Of a DNA stretch of 64,000 nt, positions 10,226 through 20,312 are shown one piece after another. The DNA is taken from the NCBI GenBank assembly GCA_963829495.1, contig CAWHIT010000028.1:51080-115079 (forward strand), in the 5' to 3' direction. Made by a program: the position numbers and the translations under genes. Source of the stretch: an uncultured Alphaproteobacteria bacterium (GTDB lineage: Bacteria > Pseudomonadota > Alphaproteobacteria > Rhizobiales > Rhodomicrobiaceae). Below the pieces are notes generated by a model. That model saw nothing but the letters and a program-made list of their open reading frames with translations. It was not told the DNA's origin and ran no database searches. The number at the start of each line of letters is the position of its first letter. Positions within the stretch are counted from its first letter, which is position 1.

Positions 10226-11963
10226 TCAGAAAGTTTGACCGGCGTGCATCGCGAGATGCTCGACGACGGGGCCGAGCGACAGCGCGGGAAAGAAGGTCAG
10301 GCCGCCGACGATGAGGATCACGCCTGACGACGAGCAGCACGAATTGCAGGCCGTGCGTCGGGAACGTTCCGGCCGATGGCGGCAGGATTTTCTTGCGTGC
10401 GAGCGATCCTGCGATGGCGAGCGCCGGGATGACCATGAGGAAGCGGCCGATCAGCATCGCGAAGGCAAGCGTGGTGTTGTAGAACATCGTGTTGGCGGAA
10501 AGCCCGGCGAACGCGCTGCCATTGTTGCCGGTCGCCGAGGTATAGGCGTAGAGCGCCTCGCTGAAGCCGTGCGGGCCTGCGTTCGCCAATCCGGCAAGCC
10601 CGTCCTTCGCGACGACCGCGATCGCGGTAAAGCCAAGGATCGACGAACGGCAGGATCAGGATCGCGAGCATCGCCATCTTCACCTCCTTCGCCTCGATCT
10701 TCTTGCCGAGATATTCCGGCGTGCGGCCCACCATCAGTCCCGCGATGAACACCGCCAGGATCGCGAACAAGAGCATGCCGTAGAGGCCGGAGCCGACGCC
10801 GCCGAAGATGATCTCGCCCAGCATGATGTTGATCATCGGGACCATGCCGCCGAGCGGCGTCAGGCTGTCATGCATGGTGTTGACCGCGCCGCAGGACGCA
10901 TCGGTGGTCACGGTCGTGAACAAGCGACGGAGTTCGCGATGCCGAAGCGGAGTCTCCTTGCCTTCCATGTTGCCGCCGGCCTGGAGCGCGCTCGGCGTCG
11001 TGTCGATGCCAAGCGAGGCGAACAGCCGGGATTTCCTGCGCCTTCGGCCGAATAGCAGACCGCCACGCCGGCAAGGAACAGAAGGCCCATGACGGAGAAG
11101 ATCGCCCAGCCCTGCCGCTGATCGCCGACCATGCGGCCGAACACGTTTGTGAGCGCGGCGCCGATCGCGAAGATCAGGACGATCTGAACGAAGTTCGTGA
11201 TCGCGTTCGGGTTCTCAAACGGATGCGCGGAGTTGGCGTTGAAGAAGCCGCCGCCATTCGTCCCGAACATCTTGATGACTTCCTGGGACGCGACCGGGCC
11301 TTGCGCGATGACCTGCTTTGGCGCCTTCGAGCGTCGTCGCTTCAGTATAGGCGCTCAGGTTCTGCGGCATGCCCTGCCACACGAAGAACAGGCCGACCAC
11401 GATCGAGACGGGCAGCAGCACATAGAGCGTGCAGCGGGTCATATCGACCCAGAAATTGCCGACCGTGTTCGACGAGCGCCGCGAGAAGCCGCGGATCAGC
11501 GCCAGCGCCAGCGCGATGCCGGTGGCGGCAGACAGGAAATTATGCACCGTGAGCCCGGCCATCTGCACGAGATAGCTCATGGTCGTTTCGGGCGTGTAGG
11601 ACTGCCAGTTCGTATTGGTGATGAAGCTGACCGAGGTGTTGAACGCGAGGTCTGGCGTGACCGCGGCTTGGCCTTGCGGGTTGAACGGCAGCGAAGCCTG
11701 GAAGCGCTGCAAGCGCGTAAAGCGTCACAAAACCCGCTACGCTGAAGAACAGCATGGCGACGGCGTATGTGACCCAGCTCTGCTCCTGCTTCTCGTCGAC
11801 GCCGCTGACCCAGTAGAGCGCGCGCTCGACGGGCCGCAGCGGCCAGTCAGAGCAGCATGCGCTCGCCGTTGAACACGCGGGTCATGTACCAGCCGAACGG
11901 CTTGGTGATGAGAACGATCACAAGCGCATAGAGTGCAATCTGCACCCAGCCCAGTATTGTCAT
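10226..11963 (-). CDS. kdpA: K+-transporting ATPase subunit A (multiple frameshifts)
   Basis: [68 protein letters not shown]. Confidence 0.93.
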
Positions 11964-11975
11964 GGATAACGCTCC

Positions 11976-12065
11976 TCAGAACCGCTCGGGGCGGACAAGC
12001 GCATAGACGAGGTAACCGAGCAGAAAGGCCGTGACGGCCCCTGCAAGAATGTAATCAAGAAGCAT
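11976..12065 (-). CDS. kdpF: K+-transporting ATPase subunit F
   Basis: 29-aa hydrophobic peptide MLLDYILAGAVTAFLLGYLVYALVRPERF with the typical KdpF C-terminus, directly upstream of kdpA. Confidence 0.9.
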   Translation of the reverse strand: MLLDYILAGAVTAFLLGYLVYALVRPERF

Positions 12066-12073
12066 GACGGTCC

Positions 12074-12158
12074 TCACAGCCGGTCGCAGGCCGAAACATA
12101 GGCAAGGGCTATGAGGAAGAAGCCGATACCCCATGGCCAGCATGACAATGTCGGTCAT
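12074..12158 (-). CDS. small membrane peptide upstream of kdpF (needs removal of one base in a G-run)
   Basis: With one G removed from GGGG it reads MTDIVMLAMGIGFFLIALAYVSACDRL*; GAGG RBS upstream. Confidence 0.6.
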
Positions 12159-12253
12159 TTTGAGCCTCAAATCTCTGCCGCACTCAGCACCGGGCGGGTC
12201 GCACTCGGATGCGGCTATCGCGGAAATCAGTAATCAGACATAAAAAAACAATT

Positions 12254-12307
12254 TGAGCGCTCACACGCTCCTATAGGAATTTCATAGTCGCGTGATGAGC
12301 GCTCACA
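12254..12307. promoter_or_regulatory. pair of identical TGAGCGCTCACA operator-like sites upstream of the kdp operon
   Basis: 12-bp direct repeats at 12254-12265 and 12296-12307, each containing the palindrome TGAGCGCTCA; 42 bp apart. Confidence 0.5.
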
Positions 12308-12394
12308 ACTTGCGTTCGAGCTTGATGGGTTATGAGGATGGACGAACCAGCCGGGCTCCAAGACTTTACCGGGCGGCAACTGATCGCCCACTGG

Positions 12395-12689
12395 CGTCAT
12401 CCCGGAATTTGATTACCCGGATGTTTCCGCCAATTCCGTAGTCATGGCCGCCCTTGGAGGCGGCCATCCAGAAAAACACAAGGTATTTCAAGTTATGACT
12501 GGATGGCCGGGTCAAGCCCGGCCATGACATTGGAGCGGAAATTCTCCAATGTTTTCATGGCTTCTTCTGGTAGCGGAAACATGCGGGTAATCAAGTCTTG
12601 GAGACGCCAACGGCGTTATCCGGGATCGTAACGAATTGAAACGCCTACTTTTGTGATCCCGGCTTGCGCTTCGCTTGGCCGGAATGACG
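12395..12689. repeat. nested REP-like palindromic elements
   Basis: Outer CGTCATCCCGG...CCGGAATGACG; middle TTGATTACCCGGATGTTTCCGC (12409-12430) / GCGGAAACATGCGGGTAATCAA (12573-12594); inner GTCATGGCCG...GGATGGCCGGGTCAAGCCCGGCCATGAC (12441-12528). Confidence 0.8.
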
Positions 12690-12705
12690 GAGCATTCAGC
12701 GAGGG

Positions 12706-13761
12706 CTAGGCTGCCCTTGCGTCCCGAAGAGCTGCGCCCTTCCTCTCGATGGACTGCGGCTCGGCTCCATCTTCGGGGGCCGGCAGCAGCAGCGGCTTTT
12801 CGGGGCCCGCGAGGGCGCGCTGTTTGAATATGCGAACCTTGTGCAGGCGCCGCGGGCTGGCTTCCATGATCTCGAAGGTCACGCCGGAGGGATGCGGAAT
12901 GATCTGGCCGCGCTTCGGAACGTTTCCTACCGTCGCCATGATGAGGCCGCCCAAAGTCTCGACGTCCTCGGGGATCCCATTCACGGTCAACGACAGGCCG
13001 AGAACCTGCTCGACATCCTCGATGGGCGTGCGCGCGCTCGCGATGAACGCCTCGTTCTCAATGCCGATGGCGAGCGCCTTGCTGTCGTCATGCTCGTCGG
13101 CGATGTCACCGATAATCGCCTCGACAACGTCCTGGAATGTCGCGAGGCCGTCCGTGCCTCCGAACTCGTCCACGACGATGGCGAGGTGGATCTGCTTCTG
13201 TTTCATCTTCGCCAGCAACGCCAAGGCAGACATCGACGATGGCACGAAGAGAGCTTCGCGCACGAGCTTCGCTGAGGAGATGGTGGTCCTGAGAGCAGAG
13301 CGGCTGAGATCGAGGCTTTGGACAGCCCTTTCCAGAGCGGCCTCATCCTGCAAGCTAAGCTTAGCACCGCGCGTGACCCAAGCGATCGCATCCTTGATGT
13401 GCACCATGCCGACCGGATTATCGAGGCTCTCCCGGAACACCGGCACACGTGAATGGCCGATGCGTGCGAAGAGATTTAAGAGTTCGGCGACAGTCTGGTT
13501 TTCTTCCACCGCAACGATGTCGGCGCGCGGGATCATCACCTCCGAAACCTTTGTTTGGCCGAATTCGAGGACGTTGAGCAGCATGAGGCGTTCCTGCTGC
13601 GACAGGGAGTGATCGTCCTCAGCATCCGTTTCCCGGATTGCACCTTCCAGCGTTTCGCGCAGGCTTACGACGCTGGTGAATCCAAGCGTAGCAGCCATGC
13701 GCTGAAGCCAGTTCGGCGATGCTTTCGTTTTCCCCGTTTCGTGCCCGAGTTGTGTAGGCAT
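12706..13761 (-). CDS. corC: CBS/CorC-HlyC domain protein (hemolysin family, Mg/Co transport associated)
   Basis: VMIPRADI, HSRVPVF, AIVVDEFGGTDGL, ETLGGL; directly downstream of ybeY. Confidence 0.85.
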   Translation of the reverse strand: MPTQLGHETGKTKASPNWLQRMAATLGFTSVVSLRETLEGAIRETDAEDDHSLSQQERLMLLNVLEFGQTKVSEVMIPRADIVAVEENQTVAELLNLFARIGHSRVPVFRESLDNPVGMVHIKDAIAWVTRGAKLSLQDEAALERAVQSLDLSRSALRTTISSAKLVREALFVPSSMSALALLAKMKQKQIHLAIVVDEFGGTDGLATFQDVVEAIIGDIADEHDDSKALAIGIENEAFIASARTPIEDVEQVLGLSLTVNGIPEDVETLGGLIMATVGNVPKRGQIIPHPSGVTFEIMEASPRRLHKVRIFKQRALAGPEKPLLLPAPEDGAEPQSIERKGAALRDARAA

Positions 13762-13786
13762 TGCTTTTTTGTTTACCGTGTTGAGA

Positions 13787-14374
13787 TCAAAGAGTGGTGG
13801 CGATCGAAGCGTCGTCCCGGTAGGGATCGGGAATGCCGAAGCGGGCGAGAATAGCGCCCTCGGCCGTTTCCATGCGCTCGGCATCGGTGTCGCCGTCATG
13901 GTCGAAGCCTGCGAGATGCAGGACGCCATGGACCACAAGATGAGCTGCGTGCTGAAACACAGTCTTGTCCTGAGCCGCAGCTTCGCTCACGACCGTCTCA
14001 TAGGCCAAAGCCACGTCTCCAAGAAAAAGTGTCTCCCCTTCGCGCCCCCCCGCGTGCATTGCAGCCGGCGAGGGAAATGACAGCACATTCGTCGGGGCGT
14101 CTTTGCCACGGAAAGCCTTGTTCAGCCCGCGCACTTCAGCGTCGGAAAGGAGCGCGACGCTGACGCTGTGGCTTTCAGGTGAAAGGCTGGCCGCCAGAAG
14201 AGATTCAGCCGCGAGATCAGGAATGAGGTCTTGCAGACCGCTCACGGAAATCCAACGATCGTCTTCGATTAAAATATCGGTGCACGTTCGGGAGGGTTCG
14301 CCCTCGCTGGCCGAAGCGTCGTTCTCCGAAGACGCAGAAGGCTCATTTGTCGTGTTCATGCCGTTTGGTATCAT
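13787..14374 (-). CDS. ybeY: rRNA maturation endoribonuclease YbeY
   Basis: LNKAFRGKDAPTNVLSF and HLVVHGVLHLAGFDH metal-binding motif. Confidence 0.95.
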   Translation of the reverse strand: MIPNGMNTTNEPSASSENDASASEGEPSRTCTDILIEDDRWISVSGLQDLIPDLAAESLLAASLSPESHSVSVALLSDAEVRGLNKAFRGKDAPTNVLSFPSPAAMHAGGREGETLFLGDVALAYETVVSEAAAQDKTVFQHAAHLVVHGVLHLAGFDHDGDTDAERMETAEGAILARFGIPDPYRDDASIATTL

Positions 14375-14386
14375 AATATTCTTTAC

Positions 14387-15442
14387 TTAGCGCTTCGTTT
14401 CGTAGGCTTCAATAATACGGCCCACAAGTGGATGACGAATGACATCCGCGCGAGTGAATGCAATATGGGCGATTCCCTCCACATCGGCGAGGATCGCAAG
14501 CGCATCGGCGAGGCCCGATGACTGGCCCATCGGCAGGTCCACCTGCGAAGGATCGCCGGTGATGATCATTTTGCTGCCTTCGCCAAGCCGGGTCAGAAAC
14601 ATCTTCATCTGCATTGCCGTACAATTCTGAGCTTCATCGAGGATCACGATCGAATGAGCGAGCGTCCGGCCGCGCATAAACGCGAGCGGCGCGATTTCGA
14701 TCATTTTCGTTTCGAGGCCGCGCTCCACCTTCTCAGGGGGAAGGACATCGTACAGGGCGTCATAAAGTGGGCGTAAGTAAGGATCAACCTTTTCCTTCAT
14801 ATCCCCGGGAAGGAAGCCGAGGCGCTCGCCGGCCTCGACAGCAGGCCGGGACAGGATGAGCCGGTCCACCTCGCCTCTCTCGAGGCAGCCCGCGGCGTAG
14901 GCGACCGCAAGGTAGGTCTTGCCTGTGCCGGCCGGTCCGGTACCGAACACCATCTCGCGGCCTTGAAGCGCCTTGATATAGGCCGATTGGGCGGGGGTGC
15001 GGGCAAGGACGCTGCGCCTGCGTGTCTTGAGCTCGCCAACCATCGCAACAGGCTGCGGGCTGCTCAAACCGGATGGTGAGGAATTGCTCATCAAGTGACG
15101 AATGGCGCCTTCAACATCCCCCTGAGGGAGGGCAGCCCCGCCTTTCGCGCGCTGATAGAGCGTCTCCAAGATTTCTTTGCCCTGGAGGCAGCTTTCCTTG
15201 TCGCCATCGAGCACGACGACATTGCCGTGTACAACGGCTTTGAGACCGAGCTTGTTTTCGATGAGTGCGAGATTGACGTCAAACTCCCCGAGCACATCGG
15301 CAAGCTTGCGGTTATCGTCGAACGTGATTTCAACCCGGTAGAGGGATTGTGACTCTTGCGGCTTTGAGCCTGCTCGCAGAGCCTGACTACGCGAGCTTCC
15401 CGTCATCGTGCGCCAGTTTGGCGGTGTCTCGGCACCGGGCAA
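14387..15442 (-). CDS. phoH: PhoH-like ATPase (start may be 15406)
   Basis: GPAGTGKT, RPAVEAGERLGFLPGD, APLAFMRGRTL, LDEAQN. Confidence 0.95.
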   Translation of the reverse strand: MPGAETPPNWRTMTGSSRSQALRAGSKPQESQSLYRVEITFDDNRKLADVLGEFDVNLALIENKLGLKAVVHGNVVVLDGDKESCLQGKEILETLYQRAKGGAALPQGDVEGAIRHLMSNSSPSGLSSPQPVAMVGELKTRRRSVLARTPAQSAYIKALQGREMVFGTGPAGTGKTYLAVAYAAGCLERGEVDRLILSRPAVEAGERLGFLPGDMKEKVDPYLRPLYDALYDVLPPEKVERGLETKMIEIAPLAFMRGRTLAHSIVILDEAQNCTAMQMKMFLTRLGEGSKMIITGDPSQVDLPMGQSSGLADALAILADVEGIAHIAFTRADVIRHPLVGRIIEAYETKR

Positions 15443-15493
15443 AAATTATCTCTCCGCATCCTATCGCCGTGCGAACTACAGATTATTCTCCGC

Positions 15494-16937
15494 TTATGTA
15501 GCAACGTAGTCCACATTTTTTATGACGCCCCGAAGACTATTTTGACTGGCACTCACAATTTCAACGCCGGTGATCTTCCCGATCAATCGCATTCCGCCTT
15601 CCGCATACACAGCCTGCAGGTAGGGCGAGCGGCCCACGATCTGTCCGGCTTTTTTTCCCGTCGTTTCCCAGAGCACGTCCAACTTGCGGCCCACCATGCT
15701 CGCGTTGAATGCGGTCTGCTGGGCGATCAGCAAGGATTGCAGCCGGGCGAGGCGGTCGGACTTAACTTCGTCGCTGATCTGGCCGTCGCGCTCGGCGGCG
15801 GGGGTGCCGGGGCGCGGGCTATATTTGAAGGAGTAGGCTTGGGCGAATTTCACCGTTTTGACGACGCTCATCGTCTCCTGAAAATCCGCGTCGCTCTCAC
15901 CGGGAAAGCCCACGATGACGTCGGTCGATAGCGCGAGGTCCGGCCGCGCGGCCCTGAGCTTTTCCACGATGCGGAAATAGTCGGCCATCGTGTGCCTGCG
16001 GTTCATCGCCTTGAGGATACGGTCGGACCCAGCCTGGAACGGCAGATGCAGGTATGGCATAAGCTTCGGTAGATCGCGATGGGCGGCGATGAGAGCGTCG
16101 GTCATCTCGTTCGGATGGCTCGTCGTGAAGTGCAGCCGTTCGATGCCCTCGACCTCAGACAAAGCGCCCAGAAGCCGTGCCAAGTCCCAGGGTTTTCCAG
16201 ATAGTCCGGCGCCGTGATAGGCGTTCACGTTCTGCCCGAGCAGCGTGATCTCTTTCACGCCTCGCTCTGCAAGCCGCTTCGCTTCGTCGAGAATTTGCGC
16301 GGCTGGACGGGAGTATTCGGTGCCTCTGGTATAGGGTACGACGCAGAAAGTGCAGAACTTGTCGCAGCCTTCCTGCACCGTGAGAAAAGCAGAAGCAGGC
16401 GCGCGCGGTTTCGGCGCGGGCAGCATCTCGAACTTCTCCGCGGCGGGAAATTCGGTTTCGATAACGGCAGCGCGGCTTGTCGCTCGCCGCCTCAGAAGAT
16501 CGGGCAGCCGGTGGTAGCTCTGCGGTCCGACGACGATGTCTACTGAGGGCGCACGCCGCACCAGTTCCTCGCCTTCCGCCTGCGCTACGCACCCTGCAAC
16601 GGCAATGATGCAGTCGCCACCCACCTTGCGGCGTGCCTCGCGCACAAGGCGGATGCGTCCCAATTCGGAATAGACCTTTTCGGCGGCCTTTTCGCGGATG
16701 TGGCAGGTGTTGAGAATGACGAGATCGGCATCTTCCAGAACGCTCGTCTCGACAAATCCGGCTGGCGCAAGAGCGTCGGCCATCCGTTCGGAAATCGTAG
16801 ACGTTCATCTGGCAGCCGAACGTCTTAATGTAGACCTTCTTGAGTGTCGCGGGCGCTTCTTCTCCGGGGCTGTCCACGGATATGTCCGCGTAACCCGAAA
16901 GACCATCTGCGATGGCGAGGTGGTTTACCGCTGCCAT
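15494..16937 (-). CDS. miaB: tRNA-2-methylthio-N6-dimethylallyladenosine synthase (frameshift near 16790; start uncertain)
   Basis: [12 protein letters not shown] in one frame; NTCHIREKA, radical-SAM [11 protein letters not shown] and TRAM domain in the next. Confidence 0.93.
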
Positions 16938-16940
16938 TCT

Positions 16941-17822
16941 CTAAGCCGCGCGGTTCCGCGCTGTGACCTGTTCGATGTAATACTGCCGCACCTGCGCCTC
17001 GGAGAAAGCGGCGAGTTCCTTGCGGTCTCGAAGCGATGCAAGCCTGACGGGCTGGCCAAGCCGAACTGTTACATCGAGAGGGCCGCTTTTGAGGACATTC
17101 CAGGCATGGCTGAGCATGTCCATCTCGCCATACCAAGCCACCAGAGGCCGCTCATGGCGCAGGATCGGCAAGCCATGCAGGTGCGTGTAGGTAATCGCCA
17201 CCGTCTGAACGACGGCTTCCGGGCCGTTGTCATTGGCCGCCCTCGGCGTCAGCGATGCAGCCGAAAACAAGGAACTGCGGAAAGGAAGGATACGGTTCCC
17301 GTCGCTGCTCGTTCCTTCGGCGAACAGAACAATGTTATCGCCCTGAGCCAGGCGCTCCGCGATTTCACCCGCCTTGTCTTTCACGAGAGTGCGCCGGGAT
17401 CTGTCCACAAAAACGCTGCGCTGCAATTTCGCGAGCCAGCTGACAAACGGCCAGGTTCCCACCTCCGACTTCGCCACAAAGCTGACGGGTGCGACGGTGC
17501 TCAAAGCCGTGATGTCGAGCCAGGAAACGTGGTTGGAAACCAGAAGAACGGGGTTGTTGGGATCGAGCGCACCGCTCACGTGAACGCGTATCCCAAGCAG
17601 GCGGCACACAAACTTGTGATAGGCGTGAGGCAGCGTTTTCGCCTGACGAAGCCCGAGTTTGAGAAATGCATACTGAACCAGCATCAACGGCAGCGTTACA
17701 GCAATGAAAACCGTAAGAAGCGCAGAAGCTCGCAAGCCTCGGAGAAGCTTCATCATTCTCCCATGAAATACGAGAGCATCCATCCCTGGGCCGAATCGAA
17801 CCGTTCTATCTGGTAACTTCAT
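16941..17822 (-). CDS. lysophospholipid acyltransferase (PlsC/OlsA family; start may be further downstream)
   Basis: NHVSWLDI, FVAKSEV, LFAEGTSSDG motifs. Confidence 0.88.
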   Translation of the reverse strand: MKLPDRTVRFGPGMDALVFHGRMMKLLRGLRASALLTVFIAVTLPLMLVQYAFLKLGLRQAKTLPHAYHKFVCRLLGIRVHVSGALDPNNPVLLVSNHVSWLDITALSTVAPVSFVAKSEVGTWPFVSWLAKLQRSVFVDRSRRTLVKDKAGEIAERLAQGDNIVLFAEGTSSDGNRILPFRSSLFSAASLTPRAANDNGPEAVVQTVAITYTHLHGLPILRHERPLVAWYGEMDMLSHAWNVLKSGPLDVTVRLGQPVRLASLRDRKELAAFSEAQVRQYYIEQVTARNRAA

Positions 17823-18340
17823 TAAGTGTTGCTTTTCTCCAGGTCAACCGGTGCGGGGAGTTTCGCGTCTCGCCTCATGATGAGGGCTGTTTCAGGCGTG
17901 AAACTTGGTGTGCGGTAGTAGTCTTCGCGGCGCCCGACCACGAGGAAGCCAAACTTCTCGTAGAGCTTGCGCGCGGGGGTATTACTTTCAGCCACTTCCA
18001 AATAAATGCAAGAGATGAATCTGATCCGGCAGAAACTTATACCCGCCCGGAGCAAAGATGCCGCATGGCCGAGCCTGCGCCGCTCTTTTGCCACTGCAAT
18101 TGCCAGGATTTCCGCCTCGTCGGCCGCGAATTGCAGCATGATAAAGCCTGCCAAGTGCGCGCCGTCCGTTACCTTCAGCACGGCCCGGTTAGCATCGCCA
18201 CAAGCGGCGGCGAGTTCGGACGCGGGCCAGCCGGGAGGCAGGGCTTCCGCATAGAGAGCCGCGAGTTCCCCGGCATCGGCGGCCGTCGCATCCGCGATAA
18301 CGGCCGCGGTGCTCTCAATCGGTTTCAAGGGCGATGACAT
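17822..18340 (-). CDS. rimI: RimI-like GNAT acetyltransferase
   Basis: DEAEILAIAV, RRRLGHA, LEVAESNTPARKLYEKFGF, GRREDYY; directly downstream of tsaB. Confidence 0.8.
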   Translation of the reverse strand: MSSPLKPIESTAAVIADATAADAGELAALYAEALPPGWPASELAAACGDANRAVLKVTDGAHLAGFIMLQFAADEAEILAIAVAKERRRLGHAASLLRAGISFCRIRFISCIYLEVAESNTPARKLYEKFGFLVVGRREDYYRTPSFTPETALIMRRDAKLPAPVDLEKSNT

Positions 18341-18992
18341 GCTTCGTTTGAGGCCGCGCGTCCGCATCCCGGACGTAATAGGGCGTAGGCACGTCGCGCT
18401 CGGGATCGAGGCTCTTTGCGAGTTCGGCAAGCGTCACCGCATCGGGATGCAATCCGGGAGCCGTAACGGGCAACGACACGAATCCCGCTTCCAATAGCGT
18501 CGCCGCGGCGGGGCCGGCCAGGACCTCGGCTTTGCCTTCGAAGAAAGCCGCACACTCCGATTGAGGCAAGGCCAGGATGTCGGTGACAGGCGTTCCGCCG
18601 CGGGCCACGATCTGGCAGTAGACCGCGCTCATTCCGGCCGGGGCGGCCAAACCATAGGTTTCCGGCAGCTCCGCAGTTCTTTCCAGTGCCGCCGCCATGA
18701 TCCTGAAGCTCGTCGCGCCAACGACGGGAATGCGTGCAGCGAGGCCGATACCGCGCCCGGCAGCGACGCCCGTCCGGATGCCGGAGAAGCCGCCCGGACC
18801 GATGCAGACGGCGACGCGGCTCAAAGAGGCAAAGGGGAGTTTCGCTTCTTCCATGAGTGCGCCGATAAGAGGAATGAGCTGCTCCGCCTGGCTGCGCCCG
18901 GAGTCGATGCGCTTCACAAGCACCGGCTCCCCGGCCCGCGCCAGCGCCACCGATGTCCGGCCCATGCTTGTCTCGATTGCCAGGATTTTCAC
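18315..18992 (-). CDS. tsaB: tRNA threonylcarbamoyladenosine biosynthesis protein TsaB
   Basis: MKILAIETS, VCIGPGGFSGIRTG, PYYVRDADA. Confidence 0.92.
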   Translation of the reverse strand: MKILAIETSMGRTSVALARAGEPVLVKRIDSGRSQAEQLIPLIGALMEEAKLPFASLSRVAVCIGPGGFSGIRTGVAAGRGIGLAARIPVVGATSFRIMAAALERTAELPETYGLAAPAGMSAVYCQIVARGGTPVTDILALPQSECAAFFEGKAEVLAGPAAATLLEAGFVSLPVTAPGLHPDAVTLAELAKSLDPERDVPTPYYVRDADARPQTKHVIALETD

Positions 18993-19014
18993 CAGCCCTC
19001 ATCCTGTTGGTGCG

Positions 19015-19608
19015 CTAGATTATCTCGGCGATTTCCTCGAACGAGAAGCGCGGCGATCGCGGGAAAAGGCCGGCTGGGTCGCCATAGCCGAGGCTGCACA
19101 GAAAGTTCGACTTCACGCTCGTGCCCGCGAAAAACTCGCGGTCGACGCCGTCATTGTCGAATCCGGACATGGGGCCGGCGTCGAGCCCGAGCGCGCGCGC
19201 CGCGATGATGAAATACGCGCCTTGCAGCGTCCCGTTGCGGAACGCCGATGTCTCGATGTGCTTCTCGGGCTTCCCATCGAACCAGCTCTTCGCGTCTGTA
19301 TGGGGGAAGAGCTTCGGCAGGTGATCGTAGAACCTCAGATCGTACCCGATGATTGCGCAAACCGGGGCGCTCATCGTCTTCGCGCGATTGCCCTCGGACA
19401 GATGCGGAGCAAGCCGCTGCTTCGCCTCCGCCGATTTCACGAACAGAACGCGCGCTGGCGACTGGTTCGCGCTCGTCGGCCCCATCTTCATGATGTCGAC
19501 AAGCTGCCGAAGCAGTTCATCGGGGACGGGCTTGTCCTGCCACTTATTGTGAGTGCGGGCTTCAAAGAAGATTTGATCCAAGCATTCAGCAGCGATGCGC
19601 CCGGCCAT
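19015..19608 (-). CDS. malonic semialdehyde reductase / RutE-like nitroreductase
   Basis: [41 protein letters not shown]. Confidence 0.88.
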   Translation of the reverse strand: MAGRIAAECLDQIFFEARTHNKWQDKPVPDELLRQLVDIMKMGPTSANQSPARVLFVKSAEAKQRLAPHLSEGNRAKTMSAPVCAIIGYDLRFYDHLPKLFPHTDAKSWFDGKPEKHIETSAFRNGTLQGAYFIIAARALGLDAGPMSGFDNDGVDREFFAGTSVKSNFLCSLGYGDPAGLFPRSPRFSFEEIAEII

Positions 19609-19669
19609 GGATACCCCCGAATATGCGTTTCATCTTTATGTGGGATATAGGCCGGTGCGCTCAGGATCG

Positions 19670-20227
19670 CTAGACGGGCTGCACCTCCTCGACCTCCGGG
19701 ACGAAGTGCTTCAACAGGTTTTCGATGCCATGGCGGAGCGTGGCCGTTGACGACGGACAGCCTGAGCAAGCGCCCTGCATCTTCAGATATACGATCCCGG
19801 CGCGGAAGCCCCGGAAGATGATGTCGCCGCCATCATTGGCGACAGCAGGCCGGACGCGCGTCTCGATCAAATCCTTGATCGTGGCCACAACCTCCGCGTC
19901 TTTGGGATCGAAATCCTCCCCCGCGTGACCCGCCCCGTGTCCATCGGTGACCACCGGCTCACCCGAGAGATAATGCTCCATGATCGCGCCCAGCACCGCC
20001 GGCTTCAGATGCTGCCATTCGCGGCTGTCCTTGGTCACGGAGATGAAGTCCGAGCCGAGAAAAACGCCCGTCACGCCATCTACGGCGAACAGCCGCGCAG
20101 CGAGCGGCGAAACCGGCTCCGCCTCCGAAGCGTCGCGAAACTCCCGCGTGCCCTCATCGAGCACGACTTTGCCCGGTATAAACTTCAGCGTCGCCGGGTT
20201 CGGGGTCGCTTCGGTCTGAATGAACAT
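19670..20227 (-). CDS. NifU/NfuA-family Fe-S scaffold protein
   Basis: MFIQTEATPNPATLKF, RVRPAVANDGGDI, GACSGCPSS. Confidence 0.93.
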   Translation of the reverse strand: MFIQTEATPNPATLKFIPGKVVLDEGTREFRDASEAEPVSPLAARLFAVDGVTGVFLGSDFISVTKDSREWQHLKPAVLGAIMEHYLSGEPVVTDGHGAGHAGEDFDPKDAEVVATIKDLIETRVRPAVANDGGDIIFRGFRAGIVYLKMQGACSGCPSSTATLRHGIENLLKHFVPEVEEVQPV

Positions 20228-20312
20228 GCTTATTTCCTTCTCCACCCATGCCACTACTTCTTAATAAGGCAGCCTTTGACGCCGGTTTCAAGTGAAAATC
20301 CGAGCTGTCAGG

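Noticed and set aside
16780-16810. miaB frameshift as programmed recoding
   Set aside because: A single extra base in a short run, consistent with the other indel errors in this assembly.
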